A model generated the notes under the pieces. That model did no database searches. It saw nothing but the letters and a program-made list of their open reading frames with translations, and had not been told where the DNA came from. A program made the translations under genes and the position numbers. From the NCBI RefSeq assembly GCF_036971445.1, contig NC_091478.1, forward strand, positions 68,882,001-68,946,000: a stretch of 64,000 bases of DNA. Direction: 5' to 3'. Positions 48,721-60,125 of this stretch are shown in pieces. Numbering within the stretch: the stretch's first letter is position 1; each line of letters opens with the position of its first letter. The DNA comes from Narcine bancroftii (lineage: Eukaryota).

Positions 48721-50108
48721 AGGTATAAGAGTGAATAGAGACAATGTGCATACGTAAATGTATCTGTACTTAGAGGAAAATATAGATAGTATAGACAAGA
48801 ATTAATAAGGGAAGGTAATGGAATAGAGAGAATAAGGAGGGAATTAAAAGAGTGACCTTTGTGACATATGAAATGTGAAATCTTTTCTGGGGGGGGGGCG
48901 GGGTGAGGGGAAATAGCGGTCATTGCAAAATCAGTTGACGCTTGCGAGTGGATTCGCAAATCCAAATGGAGAGGGGAGATGTGGTTGTCCGACAAGGGAT
49001 AAAGGACAACTCAGGAGGGGAAGGGGAGATTGGGGATAAATAAGATAGAAATAGGAGAATAAGGAAAATGTTGGATGTTGTAGGAATGTTGTCTTATAAA
49101 GAGTTGAAAATAAGAAAACAGAAATGGAAAAGGAGGAAAGGTAATGATGGAAAAACGGAAAGAGAAGATAAACAAAATATAAAAGGGCTACGCTGAACTA
49201 TATGACTTTAAATATTAATGGAATACATAACCAAATTAAAAGGAAGAAACTACTAAATTTAAATGAATAAATGTATTCCATTGGAAAAAATAACATATAG
49301 GTTAAGAAATAGTATTGAAATATTCGAACAAGTATAGGAGCCTTACATTAAATACAATAGCGAAAACCTACCGGGGACAAACATTACCTAAGTTGATGGA
49401 AGGAGAAGGAAAGAAAAGAATGGACTCAGTAGAATTTCTGGTGTATTTTTGTTGAATGACAACATTGTCTGACTGGCTTAATGCAACCTAGATTGTATAC
49501 CTAAAATGGATGAGGGGGGGGGGGGTGGGGGGGTGGCTTGGAAGGAGGGGGGGGGGAGAAAAAGTCACTGTATATGTGTGAAAAAGAAATAGAGTATATC
49601 ATGGCTAATGTGATTTATGGTGTAAAAAATAAAAAATTAAAAAAAAAAGACAGTGAGGCTCTGTTATTGGCATACATGAGATATATCGATCAGGAAGAGT
49701 TTCAAAAAGATGTTGTTTTGTGAATCACCACTATTGCAGATGATATCTACAGCAAGCTCAAAAATTATTTGGATGAAATTGAAACACCAAAAGGAAACAT
49801 TGTATCTTGTGCTGCAGATGGTACACCTGCTATGATGGGTAAAAAAAACAGGATGTTTAAAATTAATGAAGGATTAAAATCCAAACATGCTGGTTGTGCA
49901 TTGTGTTAACTACTGAGAATTTAGTTGCCAAGGTTTCCCCCGTTCTTCATGAGATACTGACTAAATGTATCAATGCCATCAACGCTAATGCCAAATGTGA
50001 ATGTCTTTTTAAACAGTTTTGTTATCAATAAAAATGTAGAATATGTGAGATTATTGCTTCACATTGAAGTAAGGTGGTTGTGAAGGGGAAACTACTTTAA
50101 AAGGTTTA

Positions 50109-50372
50109 TTCCAACCTGAATCGTTAATCATTCTTTTTCTCCCACTGATGCTGCTCAATCTGCTGAGTTCCTCCAACAGATTATTTTAATTTCTGCCAAC
50201 ATTTTCAACTATGTACAGTATCTGCATTTATAATATTCATAATATTGACTATTGCAACAACTGTACCTAGAACTTGAGCGATTTTCTCTTTTCTAATATA
50301 AAAAAATCATACCTGTGACAATTTGACTGATGCAGATTAGTCCCCTTATGATCATCTTGCTCATTTGAGTTT
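50109..50372 (-). repeat. Inverted copy of 45399-45662 inserted in the hAT transposase
   Basis: Continuous reverse-complement match of ~264 bp with scattered substitutions. Confidence 0.95.
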
Positions 50373-51412
50373 TTGAAGGACAAACCTGAAATGAAGCTCT
50401 TACTAACAGATGGCAAAGCTTATGTGAGTTAGTTGACAGACATTTTTGAGAAACTAAGTACAATGAACAAGCAACTCCAAGTAGCAAATATGATGCTCGT
50501 TGATGCAAAAACAAAGATATTTGGATTCATGACACTTCCAGAATTCTGCCAAAGGAATATTTCTGCAAGATTGGTTGAATAACTGTGAGGTAACTAATGC
50601 TGCTACAAACATCATTGTTGACCATTTGAAAATGTTAGTTATCGGTTTCAATGATAGATTTTGTGATCTAAAGGCAATGGATTTTCCCTCTTGGTTAAAT
50701 CAGCCATTGTTGGCGGACTTATCTGAAGTTCTAGTGCAATAGGAGTTATCTGAGTTACAACATGGTGAATCTGTGAAAACTCTTTTCAAAGTGAAAAGAA
50801 CCATAATGTAGCTGTCTAATGAGATCAAAAAGAAATACCAAAATACCCAAGCAAGGAAACTTCATTGTTGACCATTTGAAAATGTTAGTTATCGGCTTCA
50901 ATGATAGATTTTGTGATCTAAAGGCGATGGTTAATTCAACCATAATGTAACTGTCTAATGAGATCAAAAAGAAATACCCAAACTCGACTACTTTAGCAAG
51001 GAAACTATTGATACATTTTCCATCATCTTATTTAGTTGAATGTGGCTTCAGTGCTGTTAGTGATTTGCTACAAGCTAAGAGAAACTGACTGGAAATGACA
51101 AAACATGGAGATTTATGGTTGAAACTAACAAAATTAGTCCCCTGAATCAAAAAAATCTGCACCCAGTGTCAGGGGCAAAGTTCCCACTGAAGTGATGGTA
51201 ATTGTTGAATGTGTGTTTGAGAGGGTTGACATATTGAAGTAGTAGTTAAATATGAAATAAGTGTTCCAGTGTATTCCTGACCTTAATTGCATTGAAATGC
51301 ACTTACAGTAAATGATTTAAATAGAACTACTTTTGAATATATAACTTTTTTCCACTAATGGTGGGGCGAACTTTTTTTTGAAAAGTTAAAGTGGGCCCAA
51401 AAGCAAAAAAGG

Positions 51413-51536
51413 CTGAAAGTGCTAGCTAGTATGATCATATTCATTTTTAACAAAGTGGCAGTAGATGGTGTTTTTTTTAAAAGAAAGTGTTGTCATTTTA
51501 GATGTTGGACAAATGCCATGTAGAATTCCTTTTGCA
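51413..51536 (-). repeat. Inverted copy of 53001-53123 inside the hAT right TIR
   Basis: ctgaaagtgct.gctagtatgatcata...tagaattccttttgca matches the reverse complement. Confidence 0.93.
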
Positions 51537-51738
51537 CTGCCCTAAACTTTCTTCCCTTCATTTTGTACGGGTGTCCTCTGGTGTTTGCTATTCCTGTTCT
51601 GGGAAAAAGGTGCTGGCTCTCATAATTCTGCCACCTCTCATCCTTCATCACTCCAATGAGAAATAGCCCTGCTTACTTTCCTACACAAGACATTTTCTAA
51701 TCCAGGCAACATCCTGATCAATCTCTTCTGCACCCTCC

Positions 51739-52654
51739 TGTTGGAACCAAGGAGTTGTAATCATGGAAAATATGCCTATGTACTATTCATTAATCCATTA
51801 CTATATAACAATTTACTTCAATTATACTGTTTAAGGGAAATATTAATGCAATTAAGTAACAGCTACAGTATGTAGAAAAGTTGGCTGATTATAGTACGTG
51901 TAGAATTTGCTGCCTCCAAATACAAAGAGAGAAAATACTTTCATACCCAAGGTTACACTGCTAATTGTAAAACACACATGAGAATAATAGGATAGCAGAT
52001 AGGAGAAGTTAGACAGGATGAAGTTGAAGGAACCATAGGGACAGTGATTTATTCTGAAACAGGCCAGTGACAGGACGATAAGTGGATTGCAAGGGTAAGT
52101 GATAAGAGTACCATGACTGAGAATGTAAGAGACAAACAAAATGGATAAACCAATTTAGTAAGAATACTAAGTCATAAGGATACATGGGAGGTGTTGATTA
52201 GAACAGAAGACTATGGCCAGACAAGAACAAAAGAATAATTAGAAATATCTGTGGTATGAATTGACTTCTGATCAAAACAACAGGATATTTTGGCCTTGGG
52301 GATTAAGATACGAGGTCTACACCATAGATAATTGCAGAGCAGGAAATTGCTTGAGATACATCTTAGGCAAGGAGCCTATCAAAGAAAGCCAACTTTTGTT
52401 CAGTGTAACAATGTTGATCTATATAAACAGAAGAGACTGGACAGTAGGGGTCAGTCTTAGGGAAAAATAGCTCACTGAGCAGGTGACCTATGAACTAACG
52501 ACTGAACCTGAGCTCTGTTAAGCTTTATTCTTGTGCTGTGTAATAAACTGACTGTTGAACCGAATACCTTCTCCTATCACTTCATTCAACGAGCACGCTG
52601 GACTCAGACGACACATAGACTAAATTGAGGGTAGGGTAAAGCCAGAGCCCGACA
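51739..52654 (+). mobile_element. Solo LTR (916 bp), antisense to APRT
   Basis: TGT...ACA termini, 4 bp TSD ctcc/ctcc, TATATAAA 52420-52427, AATAAA 52542-52547. Confidence 0.88.
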
Positions 52655-53499
52655 CTCCCCATTGCTTCTTTCATTTTATTTTGTTACTTTTTAACTTCAT
52701 TGATATTTTCAAGAAATTTGATGCCAAGTCACTAAATTGGTAAAACGTGTCCCCCAACTCTCAGGAGAATTAAAGTTTCAACAAACTCCATTGAGATTCT
52801 ATAATAAATACATCCTCAGCTGCTAACTCATTTAAAACATTCTCACATCATTATGAAAATGGACCCAGTGAAACTAACCCACTTAACCAGTTTTATTTTA
52901 GCTAGTCCACCATTCCTCCCTCTTCACCCTGTCCTCCTCCAAACACCCACTCTCCTCCATCTGGGAACGCATTCCTGGGCTCCCACTCCCATGGAATGTT
53001 TGCAAAAGGAATTCTACGTGGCAGTTGTCTGACATCTAAAATGACAACACTTTCTTTAAAAAAAAAACCATCTACTGCCACTTTGTTAAAAATGAGTATG
53101 ATCATACTAGCCAGCACTTTCAGTGGCTAGACACTGGGTACAGCATTTAATTATTGAGCCAAATTGATACATTATGGTGATGGACCTTTCTAACTGCATT
53201 GAAGACCTCCAATTATTTCATAAATATCCAATCTTTCAGAAACAACATTAAATTTAAAATTCTCACCACAAATGTTATGGGTAAAATGTTAAATTTCTGT
53301 TAAAATTAAATAGATTTAGTAACTGGCTGCAAACTTGGTAAAAGGAGTTTAAAAGATGAATGTGCAAGGAGTTGGAGTGATACTATTGTTTAAGTGGAGA
53401 AAAATTGCAAAGGAGCCAAATACTATTGAGGTGTTCTTGTGCAGGAATCACAATTGATTTCAAAATATTTCAGAGTATATGTTAAGATGCAAAAAGCAA

Positions 53500-54235
53500 A
53501 ATTGCCAGAGTAATTTTGTACTTTGCCAAAGTAACAGCCATACCCGAATGGTATGTTTCTTCCCAGATGCCAGGGATGTCTGATCGAGTCCACAGTATTC
53601 TCAGGCGGGAGGGTGAGCCAGTCAGATGTCGTGGGTCCACATGGGGACCAATGACACAGATAGGAGTCCTGAGTAAGGAATTAGGAAAGAAGCTGAAAAG
53701 CAGCATCTCAAGGGTGGCAATCTTGAGAATGCCACTTGTGCCACGCGCCATTGAGGGTAGGAGAAGGAATTTGTGGTCGATGAATGCGTGGCTGAAGTGT
53801 TGGTGCAGGCAGCAGGGATTCAGATTGGGATCTCTTCTGAGGAAGGCATGACCTATACAAGGACAGGCTGCATCTGAACTGGAAAGGGACCAATATCCTG
53901 TCAGGCAGGTTTGCTAGAGCTGTTGGGAAGGGTTTAAATTAGTTTGGCAGGGCGACACAGAATGTGAGTGCTGAGAATAAGGCAGGTCAAAAGCATGATG
54001 CAATATGTCCTGAGTTTGTTCGGAAGGCCAGGCAGAGGAGAAAATGTAAACATAATCAGCAGGTTTGACACGTCTATTTCAATGCTAGGAGTATTAGGAA
54101 TAAATGAGATGAACTTCGAGAATGGATCAGTACGTGAAACTATGAAGTTGTGGTTGTTACACAGACGAAGAAGCTACAGAACGAATGTCTTCTGAGTTGG
54201 TGTGGGTGGAAGGGAGCAATCATTGTACTGGGAGT
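53500..54235 (+). mobile_element. CR1 ORF1/ORF2-start fragment
   Basis: MPGMSDRVHSILRREGEP, MNAWLKCWCRQQGFR, ctgcatctgaactggaaagggaccaatatcct. Confidence 0.72.
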
Positions 54236-54456
54236 ACAGGCCGTCCCCAGGAGGAAAACATCCAATTTACAAACAACCCATAGTTACAGAGACAAGCCGT
54301 CTGGAAGGAGAATGACATCAACATCCATCCAGCCGTCACCGCCGTCCAAAGTGCGTCTGGAACCGGCCACAGGCGGATGGAGCAAAGATTCAAAGTCCCC
54401 TCCGCGCCTTGTTTCTCTGCGGCCCAGTGTGCGGGGGCAAGACGGCCTCCAAGGAC

Positions 54457-54884
54457 CCCCCTGCACGGAGTCCCGCGCGCCCCCCGCCTCCCCTGCACGG
54501 AGTCCCGCGCGCCCCCCGCCTCCCCTGCACGGAGTCCCGCGCGCCCCCCGCCTCCCCTGCACGGAGTCCCGCGCGCCCCCCGCCTCCCCTGCACGGAGTC
54601 CCGCGCGCCCCCCGCCTCCCCTGCACGGAGTCCCGCGCGCCCCCCGCCTCCCCTGCACGGAGTCCCGCGCGCCCCCCGCCTCCCCTGCACGGAGTCCCGC
54701 GCGCCCCCCGCCTCCCCTGCACGGAGTCCCGCGCGCCCCCCGCCTCCCCTGCACGGAGTCCCGCGCGCCCCCCGCCTCCCCTGCACGGAGTCCCGCGCGC
54801 CCCCCGCCTCCCCTGCACGGAGTCCCGCGCGCCCCCCGCCTCCCCTGCACGGAGTCCCGCGCGCCCCCCGCCTCCCCTGCACGG
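54457..54884. repeat. Minisatellite, 13 perfect 32 bp units plus a partial unit
   Basis: (ctgcacggagtcccgcgcgccccccgcctccc)n, period 32 from 54461 to 54877. Confidence 0.97.
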
Positions 54885-54900
54885 GGCCTCGCGCACTCAC

Positions 54901-54989
54901 AGGAACGTTATGCCCGGCTTGGGGAAGTCGAGGAAAGTCTGGACGCTGCCGCGCACCAGCCGCAGCTTCTCCTCCTGCTCCGAACTCAT
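54901..54989 (-). CDS. APRT: APRT exon 1
   Basis: MSSEQEEKLRLVRGSVQTFLDFPKPGITF, donor CT|gtgagt, in a CpG island; spliced CDS totals 546 bp. Confidence 0.94.
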
Positions 54990-55040
54990 TTTTTCAGCAT
55001 CGTGGCGGGGCCGCGGGGGAAGGAGCGCGAGGGGGCGCGG

Positions 55041-55052
55041 CATGACGTCATG
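55041..55052. promoter_or_regulatory. CRE/ATF palindrome upstream of the APRT ATG
   Basis: catgacgtcatg containing a full TGACGTCA, 52 bp from the ATG. Confidence 0.7.
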
Positions 55053-55074
55053 ACCCGGAGAAACGCCACGCTTT

Positions 55075-55641
55075 GGCCCTTCCACACTGCCATGTGAAAT
55101 CGGGTCAACCGGGTAATTTGCTCAGATAGCGACCCGGTTACATGGCGAGTTGAAAGGTCAACCCGGTCAGAACCCAACCGGGTTCACCCCATTTTACACC
55201 GCAGTAGCCTCGTTTAAATTGCAGCTCCTGGGTGGCCCTCCTGGGACCCGGGTCCGATTACTGGGGCAAAGGTGCTGGAAGCATCTTTCAAATTGCAGGG
55301 GGATCGACCCATTAAATCACCAACTCAGCGATTTAAGGGGGATCCTGTCCCCGCATTGATGCATCACACACTCACCGGAAGTACTGCCAGATGTTCAGAT
55401 GATGGCTGCCCGGTGACGTATGCCCGCAAGTGGGTTGGCCATTTTCGTTTTCAAATCACCCGTGGACAAGACCTAATCAAGTTTAACTGGGTTCCCTGAC
55501 TACCTCTGAGTTAGGTCAGGGACCCGGTTGGGTTCCGACGGGGTTGACCAGGTCAGATCTTTTCTAACTGACGTGTAATTGGGGCGCTAACCGGGCAAAT
55601 TACCCGGTTAACCCCATTTTACATAGCAGTTTGAAAGGGCT
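55075..55641. mobile_element. Harbinger-type MITE with long TIRs, immediately upstream of APRT
   Basis: ggcccttccacactgccatgtgaaatcgggtcaaccgggtaatttgc / gcaaattacccggttaaccccattttacatagcagtttgaaagggct. Confidence 0.85.
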
Positions 55642-55775
55642 GAATAAAACAGAACAGTGCAATTGCAAATTTTATGAAATGTTAATTGTTAATTAAACAA
55701 TCAAAGAAATTTTGGCAATTTCTATTATAGCACAAAGCTTGTTCTCCATTTAAAGGTATGATTGAATCTCTAGGC

Positions 55776-56961
55776 CACACATGTGAAACTCTGGCCCGCG
55801 TGCCTTGGCCCACGATATAATTATATTTGGCCCGCAAGATCATTTCAAAAATGTATTAGAGGTGGCCCGCCCTGCAGCGAGAGCCGATGCTGTTTTTTGG
55901 TAATGTCACCCCCACCATCCTCCCCCTTCATTGCACATCCTTCCCCATTGTAACACGAGAAATTGTAGCACGACAAGTCTGTCGATGTCATCAGCCGACA
56001 AGCCAGTTGGAAGACTCCCCGCACAACCAGTCACTTCTCCCACCTGTCAAGCGGTGCGGCGGATGGGCGAGCGCCTGTGATTTCCTGTCGGCGTGACGGG
56101 CGTGGCAGGCTGCGCACGGCCCCCGGGCAGCGTGAGCCCCGCGCGACTGGCACCGGACGGCCCTTCCACAGCGTGAGCGCACTTCTCCCGGTCGCCACGG
56201 CCTTCAGCGCTTGCACCCGCATGGACCCCAGGGACGGCTGGTTCAGCCCTGCACGTGAAGAGAGAGATGGTGGCTGTCCACAAAGGCTGATCGGCGGCGC
56301 GCTGGGCCTGAGTGGGTGGGTAAGCAGGGGTGGGAAGAGGGTGTAGGTGAGGAGTAATGGGCAAGGGAAGTTATGGTGGTGCGAGGGGCAGTTAGAGGGA
56401 GGGATGAGTAGAAGGAGGGGTGGATAGGGAAGAGGTAAAAGGGGAGGGGCAGGGCGAGTAGGGGAGGGGTGATTAGAGGGTGAGAGATGGTTAGAGGGAG
56501 GAACAGGTTTAGGGGAGAGGCAGTAGAGGTGTGTGTATAGGATGGGGTGGGTAGAGGCAGAGCGAGTGGAGTGAGGGGTGAGTAGAGGTTGGGTAAAGGA
56601 CTGGTCAGGTAGAGGGATGTTGGGTCGAGGGTGAATAGAGGCCTAGAGCCTGAGGAGTGAGCAGGAAATGCTGAGTCCTGATGCAGGCCAAAATGGACAC
56701 AGCCTGTGAATGCTGACTACATCTCCACAGGGACCAAATAGGTTTCCCTCAGGTCAAGCAAAGGGTGAACTTGAGCTACCTACTCCTGACCTGTAACATT
56801 ATTCTCCTAAAGTTATATCCTAAAGTTTAACATTACATATGTTGAAAGAAGAGAAAACATGCAGATGTTGTTGAAAATTTTCAATAAATATTTAGTTCGG
56901 CCCTCGACTTAGTCCAAGTTTTTAATTTTGGCCCTCCGTGAATTTGAGTTTGACACCCCTG
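55776..56961. mobile_element. Non-autonomous hAT (Charlie/Buster-type) element
   Basis: Perfect 8 bp TSD ctctaggc; termini cacacatgtgaaactc / gagtttgacacccctg; subterminal tggcccgc repeats. Confidence 0.88.
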
Positions 56962-59854
56962 CTCTAGGCCCTTTCAAACAGAGTTACTTACTGGCAATGG
57001 GGAAGCTGCTTTGCATTCAGAACACATTTCACATGGTTGAGAGGATGGAAATAGTTGAATGCATTTCTTGTGTAGATTTCAAAATGTTCTATCTCTTGGG
57101 AAGTATTGAGGCACTAAAAATGTTTCAAAATGTAAGTAATGTGAAATGTAACTGATGAAAACTAAAACCAAGCTTTACTTGTAAACTCTTACTTTAATAA
57201 TTCTTGCACCATGCAGGTTTTGGAGATGCTAAAGGACTCATTTGCAGTGTATATGGTATTACACAGAACTGCACTAGTTCATTGAACAAGCCCATATTAA
57301 TCGTTAATGTTGAAAATCTAGACAACTGTGAAGTATGTGGCCAGTTATTCACAATAAAGAACCCCATGGACAGGTCAGTTACTATTATTAATATTAGTTA
57401 ACTTAACAGTTTAGACACATTCTAATAGTGTACAAAATAATATGTGGTGGGTCAGAATTTGCTAGTAACTGAACAAGGTTGTTCATACCTTGATGAAGGG
57501 CTCAAGCCTGAAATAATGGTTATGCATATTTATATTTGCTGTATAAATTACACCGTCTGACCTGCTGAGTTTCTCCAGCATTGTGTTTTACTTCAATCAC
57601 AGTGTCTTCCATGTTTTACTCTTAAGCACAAGTTTGTTCAGGATCATAAATGATACAAATGCACATGAAATCCTCATCAAGTATGAATATTCATACTCAT
57701 CTGAGTTACCTCAGCCAGTGTAAACATTCCCTTTGACCAGCCTTCATTTTTTAAGAAATTATTCTACTTAACCATTAAACCCACTATAAAGTTGAATAAT
57801 GTTAATGTGCGTCATACAAAATATTTTAAACATGGAGTTTCAGTGAATCAGGTCTTGAAATCTTCAGAATTTAAAAATAAAAATTGGATGAAAGAAAGGG
57901 ATAGAAGTTAACAAATTCCATTTGATGTAGTGGTGTCAATGAAGACATCTCCTTTCAAGGAGATACTTTTGATGAATATCAAACATTAGAAAAATAAGTT
58001 AATCTCCATTTGGGCAGATGGGCACATTTTAACAAATAGTGCCTGTGCTTGTAATGATGTGACATAATATGAAGGTGATGACCTGCGTAGACACAATCAT
58101 GGAACACCAAAAAGATATTCCCTGAAACAATGAATACAGTAAACAACACATCAATAACATTGCCAATCTACCAGCAACTTACATCAAGAAACGCAATCAC
58201 CACAAATTGCTGTTGATGAGTCCTGCTTCTCAGCTTCTTGAGACCTCGAGTTTTAACCTCTCCGTAATTTTCATGCGGTTACTGTATTTGTGTGCTATTT
58301 GTACATAAAGAAGCATCTAATTGGGGCAGATATTGGAATCAAATATAGAACAAGGAGTTTACTTCACAAATGTGAACATGGATGACTTTCTATCAAATGT
58401 TTGATTTCAGTACTCTGCTCTGACATTGAATCATTTAATCTTAGCACCTGGCGCAGGGAGTTCCCCTTCATTGAGTTCACTGGAGGTGTGAGAAATTGAG
58501 GGGGCGGGGGGTTAGCATTTTATTAATTTTTTGTTTACTTTAATGCTTTTAGGTGTTCTAATTTTAAAAACATTTGAAGTTTTATTATTTATTTAATTCT
58601 TTGGAATACTTGATTGTTTTGAACATCAGATCCTACCCGAAAACTTAAGGAGATTTTCCTGTGTGTTTTTCATTACCTTTGGATGGGAAACCCTTTTATT
58701 ATACAGAAAGCGTGGACGGTCTCAAAAGCTTTTTGAATATCGGAGGACATCCTCGTTGCTGCTGGAATATTGAATGAGTGGTGGAAAACCACCAAACTCT
58801 CTGCTTGATTTCTGTTTGAGGCACTGGTTGTTCCCTAAGTTCATGGCCTGCATCAGTGCAGGTGATTCTTCTACTCTGCTTTCTATAAATTGTCAAGTTC
58901 TCCAACACATTCATTCCAGTGATGCCAGCATCAAAAATGTTTCCTCGGTTAATAAATCCTCTCTACTGTTGTTCTTAGGCTGAATTCCCCCTACTCTTTG
59001 AATTTTCATAATTATCCCCTCAGCATGTGAAATACTTTGACTTAGATTTGTCATTTTAAGTGTTTATGAACATTATTTTTGTAAATGTAAAGTAAGGGCC
59101 ACTACCTTCTCACTGTTTTTTGTTTGTGATGTAAATTTACAGACTGAAGTTATCGGATGGAAAGTCAGTTATAAATGGCAAGATTGAGAGGACTTTTGTA
59201 TCTGAAGAACCCCCGGACCATTCTGGAATAGCTTCAGGGATGGTGTTTATGAAATAAACACAATTTGTCGAAATCCTGTTTAAGCCTGAGAGACCTTGGT
59301 CCAGCACTGGATGGTCTGTGGACCAGAATGAGTAAAGGCTCAAAAATGGCTTACTTCTTGTCCAATTTTATATTCGGAGGAAGAGTGATGCTCTTGTGCA
59401 CACGCTAAACAAGATTAATGTTGACTCATAAACAGGGATTATATTCCCTTGGCCTTAAAGAGATGATTTCATTTGATGCTGACATCTTGGCTGGTAAGTT
59501 TAGAACCAGGATTATTGTTTATAATCAATGTATAAACCTTTTTTGGACTGGGGAAAATTTTGTAAAAATTTGGACTTTACTACCTTCAGGGACTTTGAAT
59601 ATTCAGTTCCTGAGTATTTTCATTTCTGAGGTTTAAACAAAAGATTTAGTGGAGAGTTATTTAATTTTTAGGATCTAAGAGGATTGCATAAAGGGCATTG
59701 AGAACATGATAATGAAAAGGAAGGTACAAGTATATACAGGTACTTTCTCCACATGATCTTAATAAGTAAAACATTTAAGATGTAACTAATGGACAAATAG
59801 AACTGTCATGAACAAATCCAAAATCTTTGTATTCCCAGGAATAGATTTTGCGAA

Positions 59855-60125
59855 AGAAACCATTGAATATTACAGCACAGAAACAGGCCCATCAGCCTTT
59901 CTAGTCTGTGCCAAACTATTATTTTGCCTAGTCCCACTGACCTGCACCCATTCCAATATCCCTCTATACCCTTCCATCAATGTTCCTGCCCAAATTCTTC
60001 TAAAATGTCAGAATTGAGCCCGCATTCACTACTTCAGCTGGCAGCTTGTTCCACACTCTCGCCACTCTCTGTGTGAAGAAACTCCTCCTAATGTTCCCCC
60101 TAAACCTCTCCCCTTTCACCTTAAT
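59855..60125 (-). mobile_element. CR1 3' end fragment
   Basis: acagcacagaaacaggccc...gttccacactctcgccactctctgtgtgaagaa. Confidence 0.7.

Larger units (their letters stand above)
47241..49644 (+). mobile_element. Internally deleted, ORF1-only L1/Tx1 element
   Basis: Perfect TSD aaaagacagtgaggc (47226-47240 / 49645-49659), polyA tail; ORF1 ENYNRRNNIKIVGL, EIERAHR, KPRSIVVKFLRY; only the extreme termini of ORF2 remain. Confidence 0.92.
46039..51539 (+). mobile_element. Decayed hAT (Buster/Charlie, SCAND3/ZBED8-like) transposon in APRT intron 1, inserted in a CR1 fragment
   Basis: 8 bp TSD ccctaaaa/ccctaaac with central TA; transposase remnants EFLKFGFIP, HTIGEELIKP, FSIQL.KS, CAADGTPAMMG, VHCV, EVRWL, FPSSYLVECGFSAV. 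Confidence 0.88.

Noticed and set aside
46723-51190. Host SCAND3/ZBED8-like gene
   Set aside because: Many stops and frameshifts, three insertions or duplications, and flanking TSDs.
54457-54884. CRISPR-like array (32 bp repeat)
   Set aside because: Units are head-to-tail with no spacers, there are no cas genes, and the context is eukaryotic.
54990-55085. N-terminally extended APRT (MEGPKRG...)
   Set aside because: The extension starts at a GTG inside the MITE TIR. The ATG at 54989 gives the normal ~180 aa length. An in-frame upstream ATG near 55043 cannot be excluded without TSS data.
54150-55097. Six overlapping long ORFs of 168-315 aa with repetitive peptides
   Set aside because: Artefacts of the stop-free 32 bp GC-rich minisatellite; only 54901-54989(-) is coding (APRT exon 1).
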